IMG/VR virus record: IMGVR_UViG_3300032330_001642
Coordinates: 1-63,740 of that record
Length of the DNA stretch: 63,740 nt
Source: a virus
Taxonomy: Duplodnaviria > Caudoviricetes
Reading direction: 5' to 3' (one strand)
Shown here in pieces: positions 46,457-57,341 of the stretch (its first letter is position 1; each line of letters begins with the position of its first letter). Position numbers and translations under genes: made by a program. The notes below the pieces were generated by a model. It was not told the DNA's origin. It ran no database searches and worked only from the letters and a program-made list of their open reading frames with translations.

Positions 46457-47191
46457 TTATATTATCCCATCTTCAAAGTCATCGTCTCCATCACCTTTTT
46501 CTTCATTCATTAAGAAGTCAAATACTTGGTCAATAGATTCTTTTGCGGTCGCAATATGGTCTTGAGCCCAATCGTGTCCATTTTCTAATATACTACTAAT
46601 CATTTCAGGGTCTTTCTCTAACAATAAACCTGTTTGTCTGTGAATTTGTTGTAAATTACTGAAAAACATATATCTATCTGTTTCAGGTCCTTCTTGTTCA
46701 AACAAAGTATCTTCATCTTCATCCTCATTATCAAGGTCTAATTTATGATGTTTAGTAAGTGGTCTACTTTCAAATGTATCCGGTTCATCCCATCCGGCAA
46801 ACATATCCTCATCTAACTCACTTTCATCTTCATCATCATATGGCCACATTTTGGAATTAAAATCATCATCCTCATAATCAAAATCACCAATTTCAGTTCC
46901 TCCAAGTATTGTTCCGTGAGGGATATCTGTTGGGTGATGTTCAAATCCTAACTCTTCCCCGTGAGGTGTTGGGTGAAAACCTACACCTTTTTTATATATT
47001 CCAACAGTTTTATTAGTTTTCTTATGCTTAACGTGTCTTTCAGGATGTCTTTTACCTTCCTCATCAATCTCATCGTGAGATAAATCTTCAGTTGTATAAT
47101 CAATATCTTGTTCTGAGATAACTCTTCCCGGTTTGTAACCAAAAAGATATTTCATATTTTTAATGTCTTCGTTAATTAATTTTTTGTCCAT
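46457..47191 (-). CDS. acidic hypothetical protein
   Basis: LINEDIKNMKYL; C-terminal DWAQDHIATAKE. Confidence 0.7.
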   Translation of the reverse strand: MDKKLINEDIKNMKYLFGYKPGRVISEQDIDYTTEDLSHDEIDEEGKRHPERHVKHKKTNKTVGIYKKGVGFHPTPHGEELGFEHHPTDIPHGTILGGTEIGDFDYEDDDFNSKMWPYDDEDESELDEDMFAGWDEPDTFESRPLTKHHKLDLDNEDEDEDTLFEQEGPETDRYMFFSNLQQIHRQTGLLLEKDPEMISSILENGHDWAQDHIATAKESIDQVFDFLMNEEKGDGDDDFEDGII

Positions 47192-47227
47192 TTTAATTGG
47201 TTTTTATTATAAATATATCATTAAAGA

Positions 47228-48118
47228 TTAAAACCAATTTTTAGGATTCCATTTTGATTTATTAGCTTCTCTTGCAATTCTATCAAGTTCATCTTGAGCT
47301 GCTCTTGCCTGTCTATCAAATTCCTCTTGAGCCGCTCTTGCCTGTCTGTCAAGTTCTTCTTGAGCCGCTCTCGCTTGTCTATCAAGTTCTTCTTGAGCTT
47401 CTCTCGCTTTTCTATCAAATTCTTCCTGTGCAATTTTCGCAAGTCGTTCAGTTTCTTTTTGTGCCTCCGCAGCTGCACGTTCTGTTTCTTCAGCGGCTAA
47501 TCTCGCGTCTTCAGCTATTTGGTTTGTATCAACACTAACACTTACATCAACATCAACACCAAGTAAAACCGCAACTTCACCACTAACACCAACAGTTGCA
47601 ACTCCATCAACAAAAGTAGCTTCACCACCACCACCAATACCAACTTGTTCTCCAACTGATACACCGGCACCTGCAGTTACTGAACCTTCTCTTAAATCTA
47701 AAGTCCCTTCACCATCAACACCAACTGAACTACCCGCAGATAATTCTCCGTTCGCAACAACTCCTTCATCACCGGCTCTAACTTCTAAACTCGCTTCATT
47801 TCCTGTTTTAACGTAAGCGGCCACAGTCCCACTAACACCAAATCCTTCATCATTAGCTTGACCTTCTACGGTTATATGAGCCTCAGTTGTATCTGAATAA
47901 CTTGCTTCAACATAGACATTATTACCATCTAATCCACCCTCTACGGATGCCTCTGTTCCGGTTTTAACCGATGCCTCAATACCAATTGATGCGTTTTCAT
48001 CTCCCGTTGATACACCTGCAGATGCAGTGGTTGTAGTATCAATTGATGCACCACCGGAAGTTCCGTCAGAGTGAACTTCAGCAGTTTGATTGTGTTTAAC
48101 TTTTGCGTGTTTTTTCAT
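47228..48118 (-). CDS. Gly/Val-rich protein with 11-aa coiled-coil repeats
   Basis: ARAAQEELDRQ-type repeats (33-nt units, about 47270-47440). Confidence 0.7.
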   Translation of the reverse strand: MKKHAKVKHNQTAEVHSDGTSGGASIDTTTTASAGVSTGDENASIGIEASVKTGTEASVEGGLDGNNVYVEASYSDTTEAHITVEGQANDEGFGVSGTVAAYVKTGNEASLEVRAGDEGVVANGELSAGSSVGVDGEGTLDLREGSVTAGAGVSVGEQVGIGGGGEATFVDGVATVGVSGEVAVLLGVDVDVSVSVDTNQIAEDARLAAEETERAAAEAQKETERLAKIAQEEFDRKAREAQEELDRQARAAQEELDRQARAAQEEFDRQARAAQDELDRIAREANKSKWNPKNWF

Positions 48119-48120
48119 TA

Positions 48121-48405
48121 TTATTTATCTTTTAATTCATTTAGTGCCTCTTCCACATACTTGTCTCTTTGGTCTTGAAGATACTTAATTCTTTCCAATA
48201 GAATTTCTTTATCGTCCTTAGTTGTTTGTTCAATATAAGATTCTTTCTCTTCATATAACTTTTGCCAATAAGCAACTCTTTCCTCCATCATTCTACCTTG
48301 ATACCAAATGATTCCCACCATAACAATAATGGTAAAGGATTGTTCTTTAAGTTTAGATAAGAATGTGTCGGCGAATCCCGAGACAGGGTTTGTGTTTTCA
48401 GACAT
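48121..48405 (-). CDS. small TM protein (holin candidate)
   Basis: one TM helix plus coiled coil, next to the endolysin. Confidence 0.5.
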   Translation of the reverse strand: MSENTNPVSGFADTFLSKLKEQSFTIIVMVGIIWYQGRMMEERVAYWQKLYEEKESYIEQTTKDDKEILLERIKYLQDQRDKYVEEALNELKDK

Positions 48406-48470
48406 ATTAGTTATTTGTAAATAAATACTTACAAAAACAAAAAATCCCTCTTTTTAGAGGGATTAGTCTA

Positions 48471-49289
48471 TTACTTTAATAAGTTATAATATTCTTTGAA
48501 GTGTTTTATTCTATCGGGTAAACCAATAGTTCCACCATTTACTCTTTTAGTTACTGCTGTTACAGTAGCATCATCAGCACCTTTATCACAAATAGACCAT
48601 AATTTATTTGAGTCAAAGAAGAATGCTGCGGAAGCTAATGGATATTTTGTTGCAACTAAATCAGGATTCGCAATACAATCTTCACCGATGAATTTAGTAA
48701 AGTTTTTATAGTTATCTTTACCTGTTAATTGGATATATCCACGACCTCTGAATTTGAAACCATCTTTTGTTGATTCATCACCATTACCCATTCTTCCACC
48801 ATATACTTTTGATGCAATTTTTTCAGGGTTTCTTGCGTAAGATTCCGCTAAGTTGCCAGGAAAGTATTTTGGGAATATCTTTTTAAGACCATCCGCGGAA
48901 TAGTTAACATTTTCTGATACGGCTTTGAATCCACCTGATTCGTGACCACATTGTGCTAAGAAGTGAGCCAATCTTAATGGGTTAGTAATGTTGAATTTTT
49001 TTGCAGTATCAGGAATCTGAGCGATTACCGCCTCAGGGATATGTCCTTTCAAACTATCAAGTTTGAATCCACTACCCGTTGGAATTACAACATCTTCTTT
49101 AATTACTGCACCGAACATTTTTGCCCAAGTACCATCACCAACAATTCCGTCAGCGGTTAATCCATTTTTAGTTTGCCATTCTTTAACTAATTTTTCAGTC
49201 CCCGGACCAAATGTACCATCGGCAGCGGTACCTAACTTTGTTTGTAGTTTTTTTACGTCGTCACCTTTAGACCCTACTTTTAATAACAT
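48471..49289 (-). CDS. endolysin: peptidoglycan-binding domain plus GH19
   Basis: ADGTFGPGT; HFLAQCGHES, FRGRGYIQLTG, VNGG. Confidence 0.92.
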   Translation of the reverse strand: MLLKVGSKGDDVKKLQTKLGTAADGTFGPGTEKLVKEWQTKNGLTADGIVGDGTWAKMFGAVIKEDVVIPTGSGFKLDSLKGHIPEAVIAQIPDTAKKFNITNPLRLAHFLAQCGHESGGFKAVSENVNYSADGLKKIFPKYFPGNLAESYARNPEKIASKVYGGRMGNGDESTKDGFKFRGRGYIQLTGKDNYKNFTKFIGEDCIANPDLVATKYPLASAAFFFDSNKLWSICDKGADDATVTAVTKRVNGGTIGLPDRIKHFKEYYNLLK

Positions 49290-49329
49290 AATTTTTAATT
49301 TTATAATTGTTTATTTATTCATAAATATC

Positions 49330-51000
49330 TTAATAACCTAATGAGGTTACGTTTGAATACCCCGTATTAATTATATAATAATTTGATGACCCCCCATTTA
49401 CAGGTGAGTTTATAGTTACACTCTGAACACCCGGATAGGTCGTTCTTAAATCCGTTGTTGATGAATTTATTGTATTGTATTCTGAAACGGTGAATAATCT
49501 TGTATTTGGTAACATATAATTCCAAACTACTAATCTCCCTATCTTTTTCATAAAGATGTAATATGCGTCAGATATGTTAATTCTACCATCATTATTCACA
49601 TCAAAACGATAATAATCTAATGATGTAAATGTTCTTGAAATTGCCTTTGAATTGGCTGTATACGCATCAGTATTTTGTAATAAAGTTATTGGTGTTACCG
49701 CATTAATTACAAAATACCATTCTGTTGCCGGATTTGTTGTTTCATTAATAGTATATTTTCCGGTTGCGTCTGTGTATACGGTTTTATATAAAGTCCAAGG
49801 AGTAAAATCAACAATGTAATCAAATTCTAACACATAGTTTAAGGAACTAGTGTTGTTTAAGTCATTCCATTTTCCACCACCTACAAATTGGGCATAATCT
49901 TCGCCACTAGAATCATTAGGTTCCCCACCATTCCAATTGGAATATGGATAAATCCCATATCTGTAAGCGTAAAGGTTATACATTCTATTTACCTCATCAG
50001 CCGTTATACCTCTACTAAAAACTTGGAAATCACCTAATCTAAACGCTCCGTAAGCCCCTGAACCCATATGAGTCGTATCAGTTAACCCAATTCCATAATA
50101 TAACCCATTTCCATTTAATACCGGAGATTGTCTTGGTGTCACTACCGAACCAAAACTTGCACCATTTTTATATCCTGTTAAAGTTGTCCCATCATATGTA
50201 AATCCAACTAAATTCCAAGTGTTTAATGTAATTGGGGTGTTTAATGATACTGTGGTACTATTCCAAATACCAATTCTTAAAGTATTACCACCGGTTATTT
50301 CAATTTGAGAATCGTGCCAACCTGAAGTTGGAATACCTTGACCTAATTCAGTAACAATAACACCATTCCCTGTTGGATAAATCCACATCATTAACGATGT
50401 TGTAACCCCCGGAACTTTTGATGCTAAATTTCCTGTCATACCATATTGGTTGACCCCATTAAAAGTCAAATACTTTCCTGATGTACTTGTATATGTTGGT
50501 GAATTTGTTAATGTTGTATTAACCGCACCTTTAATATCAACTAATGAAGTTCCTGACGTATAAGATGAAACGTCGTAATCCGCTTGTAAACCATTAGTGA
50601 CAGGTAGTTCCGTCCATCTATACCCACCTAACGGTTCTGAATAAAAATAACCTGACGCTCTATCTTGATAATATCCAAACCAACCACTAGGCCAAGTATT
50701 ATAAACAAATGTGTTTTCAGAGGCATTTGACATTGTGACCAAATGTCCGTTCATCGCCTCACAATTTGATTTTGCCACCGTCCAAGTTGCAGTTCCTGTA
50801 GAACGATAATATGAGTGTCCGTTGTAATTTGTTTGAGAAGTAAATCCTACTAAAGCCGGTGTAGTCCTTTTATATAGTTTTACAGGCACATTTGCAGCAC
50901 CTAAACCTCCCGCGTTATAAATGTAACCCGAATATGTAAGATTCTGACTACAAATTAAATTTGCAGTAAAAAAAAACAATATGACTAATAAATTTTTCAT
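49330..51000 (-). CDS. secreted C-type lectin / LamG / dockerin-like protein
   Basis: signal peptide; split CTL (YNGHSYY...WNGGEPND..WNDL) around LamG; DVNNDGRINISD. Confidence 0.75.
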   Translation of the reverse strand: MKNLLVILFFFTANLICSQNLTYSGYIYNAGGLGAANVPVKLYKRTTPALVGFTSQTNYNGHSYYRSTGTATWTVAKSNCEAMNGHLVTMSNASENTFVYNTWPSGWFGYYQDRASGYFYSEPLGGYRWTELPVTNGLQADYDVSSYTSGTSLVDIKGAVNTTLTNSPTYTSTSGKYLTFNGVNQYGMTGNLASKVPGVTTSLMMWIYPTGNGVIVTELGQGIPTSGWHDSQIEITGGNTLRIGIWNSTTVSLNTPITLNTWNLVGFTYDGTTLTGYKNGASFGSVVTPRQSPVLNGNGLYYGIGLTDTTHMGSGAYGAFRLGDFQVFSRGITADEVNRMYNLYAYRYGIYPYSNWNGGEPNDSSGEDYAQFVGGGKWNDLNNTSSLNYVLEFDYIVDFTPWTLYKTVYTDATGKYTINETTNPATEWYFVINAVTPITLLQNTDAYTANSKAISRTFTSLDYYRFDVNNDGRINISDAYYIFMKKIGRLVVWNYMLPNTRLFTVSEYNTINSSTTDLRTTYPGVQSVTINSPVNGGSSNYYIINTGYSNVTSLGY

Positions 51001-51449
51001 TAAAAATCTGATAACGCTTCTTGTATTCCTTTTTTAAGTGCCGATGAAAATGCCGATTTTTCAAATGGTATATTTTCATCTTGCAATTCTATAAATGTTG
51101 ATTGAACATCCGTATTTGTTTCACCTTGTCCAAAATAATCATCACCGTCCACAGTGATTTTTAATTTAACAATAGTTTTCTTTCTTTTTTTCTCAAATGG
51201 ACCTAAAGATATTCCTGTTGTTGGAGCTTCAATACTCTCAATAATAACTATTACAGGTTTACCATTTTCACAAATAGAATGATTAACCGATAATATTTCT
51301 TCAGTTATTTGTTTTACCCCCATTGTAAATCTTTTAGGACTAATTCCTTCAATTTCTCCATTATTCTGAACATCTGTAACAGAATAACATTTTTGAGAAT
51401 ATGATGTTGTTATGAATAACAACCCGATAAGTAATAATAATTTTCTCAT
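51000..51449 (-). CDS. secreted protein
   Basis: signal peptide. Confidence 0.65.
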   Translation of the reverse strand: MRKLLLLIGLLFITTSYSQKCYSVTDVQNNGEIEGISPKRFTMGVKQITEEILSVNHSICENGKPVIVIIESIEAPTTGISLGPFEKKRKKTIVKLKITVDGDDYFGQGETNTDVQSTFIELQDENIPFEKSAFSSALKKGIQEALSDF

Positions 51450-53254
51450 AAAAAAGCTTTAGCCCCAATTAGGACTTGATAATTTAATGTTTGGTCATTT
51501 ATTTGGTTTACACCACTAAAACTCAAGTTTAACTTAAATTTCTTCGTTATTTTATAATCAACCGCAGCAAACGGTACTGCCAACAATCCTGATTGATACC
51601 ACATCCCTTCGTAATAATATACGAATGGTGAGTATACCATCACAAACATAGTTGTCATACCAAATTTCTTATTAACTTTGAAATTATACACAAAACCACC
51701 TAATGTTGATAAACTTTGGAATTTAGATTCCCCAATATTACCGGTGGTTAAATTAACTCCGACAGTTGTTGTTAATTTTTTATACTGATAAGATTCCATT
51801 AATGATACTGTGTTAAAAAAATCCTTTTCAAAATTCAACATCATTGAGTTTGCAATAATTGATGTGAATCTTTTATGTCTATAAGAAAAAAACAAAGTAA
51901 CATTTGAATTATTAACCTGACTTGTAAAATTCACCAACACACCTTTAGCAATTGTGTTTTTAGTGTTTGAGTTAATGATACTCGCATTTATTTTAACTTG
52001 AGTTGGGTCTACACCATTAGCACTTGAAATGGTAACAATATCCCCGGTCATCATTAAACTACCTTTCTTAACCGCAGCCACTTTACTTTTTGTTGATGAT
52101 GAACTTTGTGTTGAAGAACTTTCTGCAGAACTTATTTCATCTTCTTTAGAATCTTTTTTATCATTTTTTTCAGTGACATCCGCCTTAACAGAATTAACGC
52201 CTCCGGTAATATTACTAACACCCCCATTACTTGTTGGACTATCAGAGACATTTTGAGGATTATTCGTACTAGTTTGTCCTTGAGAATTCTGATTTCCACT
52301 TACAACAGGTGAATTTTGATTACTTTGAACCCCATTTTGTGAATTTTGATTATTTCCTACACTTGTGGAGTTATTAGTATTTGATGTTGTGGAATTATTA
52401 GTATTTGCTGTCGAATTATTACCGGATGTTACCGGATTATTTGACGAAACACTATTATTACCCTGATTACCACTACTTTGACCATTCGTTTGGTTACCGG
52501 AAGTTACCGGATTACTTGATGGGTTGTTGGTGGATACTTGAGGGCTACTTGAGGGGTTGTTGGTGGTTACTTGGGGGGTACTTGTTACAGGTGACTGAGA
52601 CGTTTGTTCTCCTCCCGTAGTTGAACTATTTGAACTTCCAACTGTTGTTCCTTCAGAACTATTGTTTCCTCCAATTTGTTGAGAGCCTGTCTGATTGGTT
52701 TGGACGTTGTTTTGCCCTTCATTTCCTCCACTTGTTGTTTGATTTCCGTTAGTATTGTTTGTTGTTCCATTATTTTTTTCTTTATTGTTATCCTTATTCC
52801 CACCACCATTATTATTTGATGAAACTGATTCGTCAACTTGTACTACACCTTCAATAGATGAAGCACCCATACTTGACATTGTTGACATATCAGATATTGA
52901 TGAAATGTCCGATAATGTTGAAATGACACTTGTTAATACCGCAATACTATTTTGTGCGACGATAGCGTTTAGAGTAGTGTTTTGAACTAATGCGACCCCA
53001 CTACACGGTCCAGAAGGATTTGTTGAATTTACTTGATTTATCCATTGCTGAACAGCTCCGGATTGAAGTTCTGATGATGTGAAACTTTGTGTTTGTCCAC
53101 CATAGAATAAGGCTACACTCCCATTTGGATTTGGGATATAAATTTCTTTAGTTTTTGACGTACAAGGGTCTGCGTATGAATACGTAAACCCCTGTCCCAT
53201 CAAATTAATAGATGAGATTAAAAATAGTAATATTATAATCCCTTTTTTAATCAT
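51446..53254 (-). CDS. secreted protein with N/S/Q-rich linker and probable C-terminal beta-barrel
   Basis: signal peptide; low-complexity middle; amphipathic strands ending GAKAFL. Confidence 0.6.
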   Translation of the reverse strand: MIKKGIIILLFLISSINLMGQGFTYSYADPCTSKTKEIYIPNPNGSVALFYGGQTQSFTSSELQSGAVQQWINQVNSTNPSGPCSGVALVQNTTLNAIVAQNSIAVLTSVISTLSDISSISDMSTMSSMGASSIEGVVQVDESVSSNNNGGGNKDNNKEKNNGTTNNTNGNQTTSGGNEGQNNVQTNQTGSQQIGGNNSSEGTTVGSSNSSTTGGEQTSQSPVTSTPQVTTNNPSSSPQVSTNNPSSNPVTSGNQTNGQSSGNQGNNSVSSNNPVTSGNNSTANTNNSTTSNTNNSTSVGNNQNSQNGVQSNQNSPVVSGNQNSQGQTSTNNPQNVSDSPTSNGGVSNITGGVNSVKADVTEKNDKKDSKEDEISSAESSSTQSSSSTKSKVAAVKKGSLMMTGDIVTISSANGVDPTQVKINASIINSNTKNTIAKGVLVNFTSQVNNSNVTLFFSYRHKRFTSIIANSMMLNFEKDFFNTVSLMESYQYKKLTTTVGVNLTTGNIGESKFQSLSTLGGFVYNFKVNKKFGMTTMFVMVYSPFVYYYEGMWYQSGLLAVPFAAVDYKITKKFKLNLSFSGVNQINDQTLNYQVLIGAKAFL

Positions 53255-53256
53255 TT

Positions 53257-53607
53257 TTAGTTTTCTAATGTTGAGGATAGTGATACACCATCTTCTTCAT
53301 CAACTTTTTGAATTAACATTTTATCCCTGTCTTCAGAATTGAACCAATAGTCAACAACTTTATTTAGGTTACCTACGAAAGCACCTAATAAAATTAATAA
53401 CATTTCTTTCCAATCTTCACCAATGGTTGCACCAAAAAATACACCGGCATTGATTCCAACGATTATTAATGTAAATAACCCTAATACGATTGCGGTAATT
53501 CTCCAACGGTTATTTTGCATTTCTAACAACATATTATAAAATCTGTTGTTTTGGTCTACTACAGGAGCTTTTTTACCAAATCTTAACGCTTCTTTTAATT
53601 TACTCAT
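53257..53607 (-). CDS. 2-TM membrane protein
   Basis: two hydrophobic helices; VVDYWF. Confidence 0.65.
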   Translation of the reverse strand: MSKLKEALRFGKKAPVVDQNNRFYNMLLEMQNNRWRITAIVLGLFTLIIVGINAGVFFGATIGEDWKEMLLILLGAFVGNLNKVVDYWFNSEDRDKMLIQKVDEEDGVSLSSTLEN

Positions 53608-53614
53608 AATTTAT

Positions 53615-54328
53615 TTAACTCTTAAAGACACCCTTTTTTATTAATTTTGATATTACTCTTGACGATGCCGTTTCAAGAGCCTTTTTTGTTGATGTACCAA
53701 TCGTTGATTGGTTAAATTTAATTTCATCAAGACCATCTAATAATGATGCTGTTTTAACTGTTGATGCTTCACCTAAACCACTACCTGTAATGATTTCACC
53801 TGTTTGAGCGTCAACGAATCTAACTTGTAAACCCAATCTTGTTGTTTGAGTTGTTTTTGAACCATCAGTCATTTTGATTTGTTCATCTTCAGACACTGAA
53901 AAATCATAAACTTCAATATACACAAAGTAGTTGGCCAAGATTACATTTCCTTTAACTTCAATTTTGTTACTTGAAATACCTTTATCTGACGCTTTATCTT
54001 GAGCAATCATTTTATTTTTAATTTCTGCTTTGTCTTCAGTGAACTTAAATCTATCAGTTGACTCTAAAAACTCTAATACAATGTTTGCAACCCCAAGTCC
54101 AACACGTTTGTCTTTCAACTCAGGATACATCTCATATAGTTCTTCGTTTATACCTATTTTTAAGACTTGTATTGGAATAACAATATCTCCGGTATAATTA
54201 CTTACCACTTCAATAGATTGTTTCTTCTCAAAGTCTGCTTTATATTCCTCAGTCTTTACAGAACCGATTGTTTGACTAAATGAAAAGAAACACATCAATA
54301 AAGTTATTAGTAAAAATAACTTCTTCAT
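53615..54328 (-). CDS. CsgG-like secreted protein
   Basis: signal peptide; DRFKFTED, LQVRFVDAQTGEII. Confidence 0.65.
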   Translation of the reverse strand: MKKLFLLITLLMCFFSFSQTIGSVKTEEYKADFEKKQSIEVVSNYTGDIVIPIQVLKIGINEELYEMYPELKDKRVGLGVANIVLEFLESTDRFKFTEDKAEIKNKMIAQDKASDKGISSNKIEVKGNVILANYFVYIEVYDFSVSEDEQIKMTDGSKTTQTTRLGLQVRFVDAQTGEIITGSGLGEASTVKTASLLDGLDEIKFNQSTIGTSTKKALETASSRVISKLIKKGVFKS

Positions 54329-54329
54329 C

Positions 54330-54665
54330 TTACCAAGGGTCTTCTTCCTTTGGTTTATCTTTTTTAGGTGCTTCAGTTGGTGCTGCTTGTTTTTCAATCA
54401 CTCTTTCTTTAACAATTGTATTTGTTCCACCACCTTGTTGTTTTTGTTGGTTAGTGTTATTGTTTTGCAAATTGATTACAACAGGTGCTGCCGGAGCCGC
54501 TTGTTCTGTTTTAACATCTTTTTCTTCTTCAGAGTGACCACCGAAAAGCTGTGTACTTAACCAAACACCTCCCCCCGCTACCACAGTAGTTAAGGTTCCA
54601 ATAATGGTTTTTTTCAATCCTGACCAAGTTCCATCTGATTCAGGTGCGTTTGTTTCTTCTGACAT
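54330..54665 (-). CDS. single-TM hypothetical protein
   Basis: ORF with one TM helix. Confidence 0.65.
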   Translation of the reverse strand: MSEETNAPESDGTWSGLKKTIIGTLTTVVAGGGVWLSTQLFGGHSEEEKDVKTEQAAPAAPVVINLQNNNTNQQKQQGGGTNTIVKERVIEKQAAPTEAPKKDKPKEEDPW

Positions 54666-54726
54666 TTTATTTAATTTTTATTGTTTATTTTTCCTATAAG
54701 GCTATGGGGTCTTACGACCCCGTTAA

Positions 54727-56616
54727 TTATTTTTTAAGTAATATTTTTGAAACTATAGGTAAATCTTTTTTTCTTAATACTGCAACGTATTCACCACTTG
54801 GTAAATAACCTAAACTTGCCATATAATTGTATTCTCCCGACGGCATTGATTGATTAACAATTACTTTAATCTCTTTACCATCAATAGAATAAATCCCTAA
54901 CCAAGTACTTCCGTTTTCAGTAACTCTAAATTTAACATTTACTAAATCCTCAACAGGATTTGGATAAACCATCATATCACCATTTAACTCACCAATATTA
55001 CCAATTTTAGTTATTGAAACAATACCATCAGTTGGTGTTATTTTAAGGTCTTTTGCCATAGTATTTCCAGCGTGTTTTCTAGTCACATATAAAGGACTTG
55101 CGCTCCAATCACTTTGAATTTGTTTTGAAATAAATTGTAGAGTAAATGCCAATTCATTATCATTTAACAATTTCGTATTAAGTGTTGGGTCATATCCTCC
55201 CCATTCAACTACATTGTCATTTGGATTCATAAATGAAATCCAACTTCCAATTTTTGATTCAGCTTTAATACCTTTGAATTCTAATAAGTTACTATTGTAA
55301 TTCATCGCCAATTGTAATGAACCTAATTGTTGTCCGTTTGTTTTAACTGAAACAGGAACCTCAACTAAGTTTTGTTCATTAACCGATAAATTTGGATAGT
55401 GTACCTCAATAGTGTTTAATGAATTATCATCGTATGTTGTAGTAACATCAATGATGTGTGAAGGTGCGTTAGCAGGGTTTAGAATTTCAATTGGAGTCAT
55501 ACGAGCCATTTGGAATCCTGTTCCGTTAGCATCTCCCGGAGCCGCTACGTAGAACGTTACTGTGTTTCCAGCACCCGGTAGGATGTTGAATACTAAATCA
55601 GTTACACCCGGAATAGTAGATTGTAATGATGATGTTGCTCCGTTAATAGACGCGTATTCAGTGGCACTAAAGAATTTAACATCTTTAACTGAGTTTGGCC
55701 AAGTAGTGAATCTTCCTGACACTCTTCCAAATACACCATAAACATCGGATACAGTAATGTTATTATCACCATTTACGTCAGCAGTATAAAAGTCAAATCC
55801 TGTAGGAACGTCTTGTCCTAACACAATTCTATTAACTTTTTGTGCATCAGATACAGAAATAATATTTCCTGTCGCTAATGTAGACCCATCAACTCTAATA
55901 CGAACATCCCAACTTGTAATATCTATTGGTAAGTTTGTGAACGTAAATGCTCCATCAACATTTGTTGTTGATGTAGTAACTGTAGTCCAAGTTGAAGAAG
56001 TCATTAATTTTTTCTCTAATATAACCGGGATGTTTTTAGCCCCTGAACCCGTTACGTTAGTGAATGTACCACTATAAGAAAATGTTTGTGGTAAGAATAC
56101 ACCACCAAAGTTTTGTAAATTCAATGCGTAATCCATACCCGCTTGATTCGTAGCTGTTTGTGGGAATGTTTGTACACCTGAAAAAGTCATTGGTGTTGTA
56201 GACGTTAACGATGCGAAACCTGCAACGTGAGTTAAATTTAACTTAACAAACGCACCATTTGGTATCGTAAACGAGGGTAAGTTTCCGGTATATGACATAG
56301 TAATTGTCACATAACCTAACGCTGGATTATCTACAAATTGTAGATACTGAGCGTAAGAAGTGTTCAACGATGTAACTGTTGAAACACCTGCAAAGGTATT
56401 TTTGTCATAAAATACCCTGAATTGTGCTGCAGTAATAAGTTCAGTTGTGTTGTTGTAAAAACACAGACCGACATCTGTACTACCTGCGGATGTTGTTGCT
56501 AGTTGATAGGTGGCATCAAGTGTCACAAACGCTCCTGTTGTTGTAGGAGTAGGACAAACCTGTGCCATACCTATTAACCCAACAAACAAAAATAGTAAGG
56601 TTACTAATTTTTTCAT
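54727..56616 (-). CDS. cohesin/dockerin-like protein with T9SS-type C-terminal domain
   Basis: signal peptide; AAQFRVFYD and SLQLAMNYN cohesin-like segments; ADVNGDNNITVSD; VYPNP...LPSGEY...KILLKK. Confidence 0.75.
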   Translation of the reverse strand: MKKLVTLLFLFVGLIGMAQVCPTPTTTGAFVTLDATYQLATTSAGSTDVGLCFYNNTTELITAAQFRVFYDKNTFAGVSTVTSLNTSYAQYLQFVDNPALGYVTITMSYTGNLPSFTIPNGAFVKLNLTHVAGFASLTSTTPMTFSGVQTFPQTATNQAGMDYALNLQNFGGVFLPQTFSYSGTFTNVTGSGAKNIPVILEKKLMTSSTWTTVTTSTTNVDGAFTFTNLPIDITSWDVRIRVDGSTLATGNIISVSDAQKVNRIVLGQDVPTGFDFYTADVNGDNNITVSDVYGVFGRVSGRFTTWPNSVKDVKFFSATEYASINGATSSLQSTIPGVTDLVFNILPGAGNTVTFYVAAPGDANGTGFQMARMTPIEILNPANAPSHIIDVTTTYDDNSLNTIEVHYPNLSVNEQNLVEVPVSVKTNGQQLGSLQLAMNYNSNLLEFKGIKAESKIGSWISFMNPNDNVVEWGGYDPTLNTKLLNDNELAFTLQFISKQIQSDWSASPLYVTRKHAGNTMAKDLKITPTDGIVSITKIGNIGELNGDMMVYPNPVEDLVNVKFRVTENGSTWLGIYSIDGKEIKVIVNQSMPSGEYNYMASLGYLPSGEYVAVLRKKDLPIVSKILLKK

Positions 56617-56711
56617 TTAGGTTTTTTTGTTTTAATTTTATTTACTCTGATGATAAATATCATAAAATCGCAATATGGTACCATACTAAACTATTTATTT
56701 ATAAAAAAGTT

Positions 56712-57158
56712 ATGAGATGTGTAGTAGTAATATTCCTACTTTTATTTAACTACAACGTTGTAGGACAAATTAAAGTGGATAATGTGGGTGATGGATGGGT
56801 TGAAAAAGTTAACCAAGCAATATCATTAATAAAAAAAGTGGATAGTGAGAAATATGAAAATTTAATTGATGTGTGTGACCACGTTACTTTTTGGAGTGGG
56901 ACATTCTCAACCACAGAAAATAGTCACACTATTATGATATCTCAAGCAGACATTAAGAATGGGTCCGTAAATAATGTTGCGGCCGTTTTAATACACGAAT
57001 CAAGACATCTTATGTTTATTAAATTAGGGATTAAAATGAAAGAAATTGATGAAGAAACAATGGCATATATTTATGAGTTACAATTTTTAGAGAAGATTCC
57101 GGGAGTTGAACAATTTTTGATTGATAATGCTAAAAAAAGAATTATTAATCCAAAATAA
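56712..57158 (+). CDS. secreted HExxH metallopeptidase-like protein
   Basis: signal peptide; LIHESRH...EETMAY. Confidence 0.6.
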   Translation: MRCVVVIFLLLFNYNVVGQIKVDNVGDGWVEKVNQAISLIKKVDSEKYENLIDVCDHVTFWSGTFSTTENSHTIMISQADIKNGSVNNVAAVLIHESRHLMFIKLGIKMKEIDEETMAYIYELQFLEKIPGVEQFLIDNAKKRIINPK

Positions 57159-57164
57159 AAAAGG

Positions 57165-57341
57165 TTACTTGTTTAGAGTAACCTTTCTTGTAACCTTCTT
57201 GGTTTTAACCACCGGTTTTTTGTATTTAATTTCCACTTCATAAGGTCCAAACTTATTCTTTGAAGTATCATATCTCCAAATGATAGTTTCATCCTCATCG
57301 TTATAAACTTGTTCCCACTTTTTACCTAATTCTTTACTCAT
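57165..57341 (-). CDS. small hypothetical protein (58 aa)
   Basis: MSKELGKKWEQVYNDEDE... Confidence 0.55.
   Translation of the reverse strand: MSKELGKKWEQVYNDEDETIIWRYDTSKNKFGPYEVEIKYKKPVVKTKKVTRKVTLNK

Noticed and set aside
6027-47440. CRISPR array among the tandem repeats (6027-6093, 7080-7230, 47270-47440)
   Set aside because: These are contiguous coding repeats without unique spacers, and no cas genes are present.
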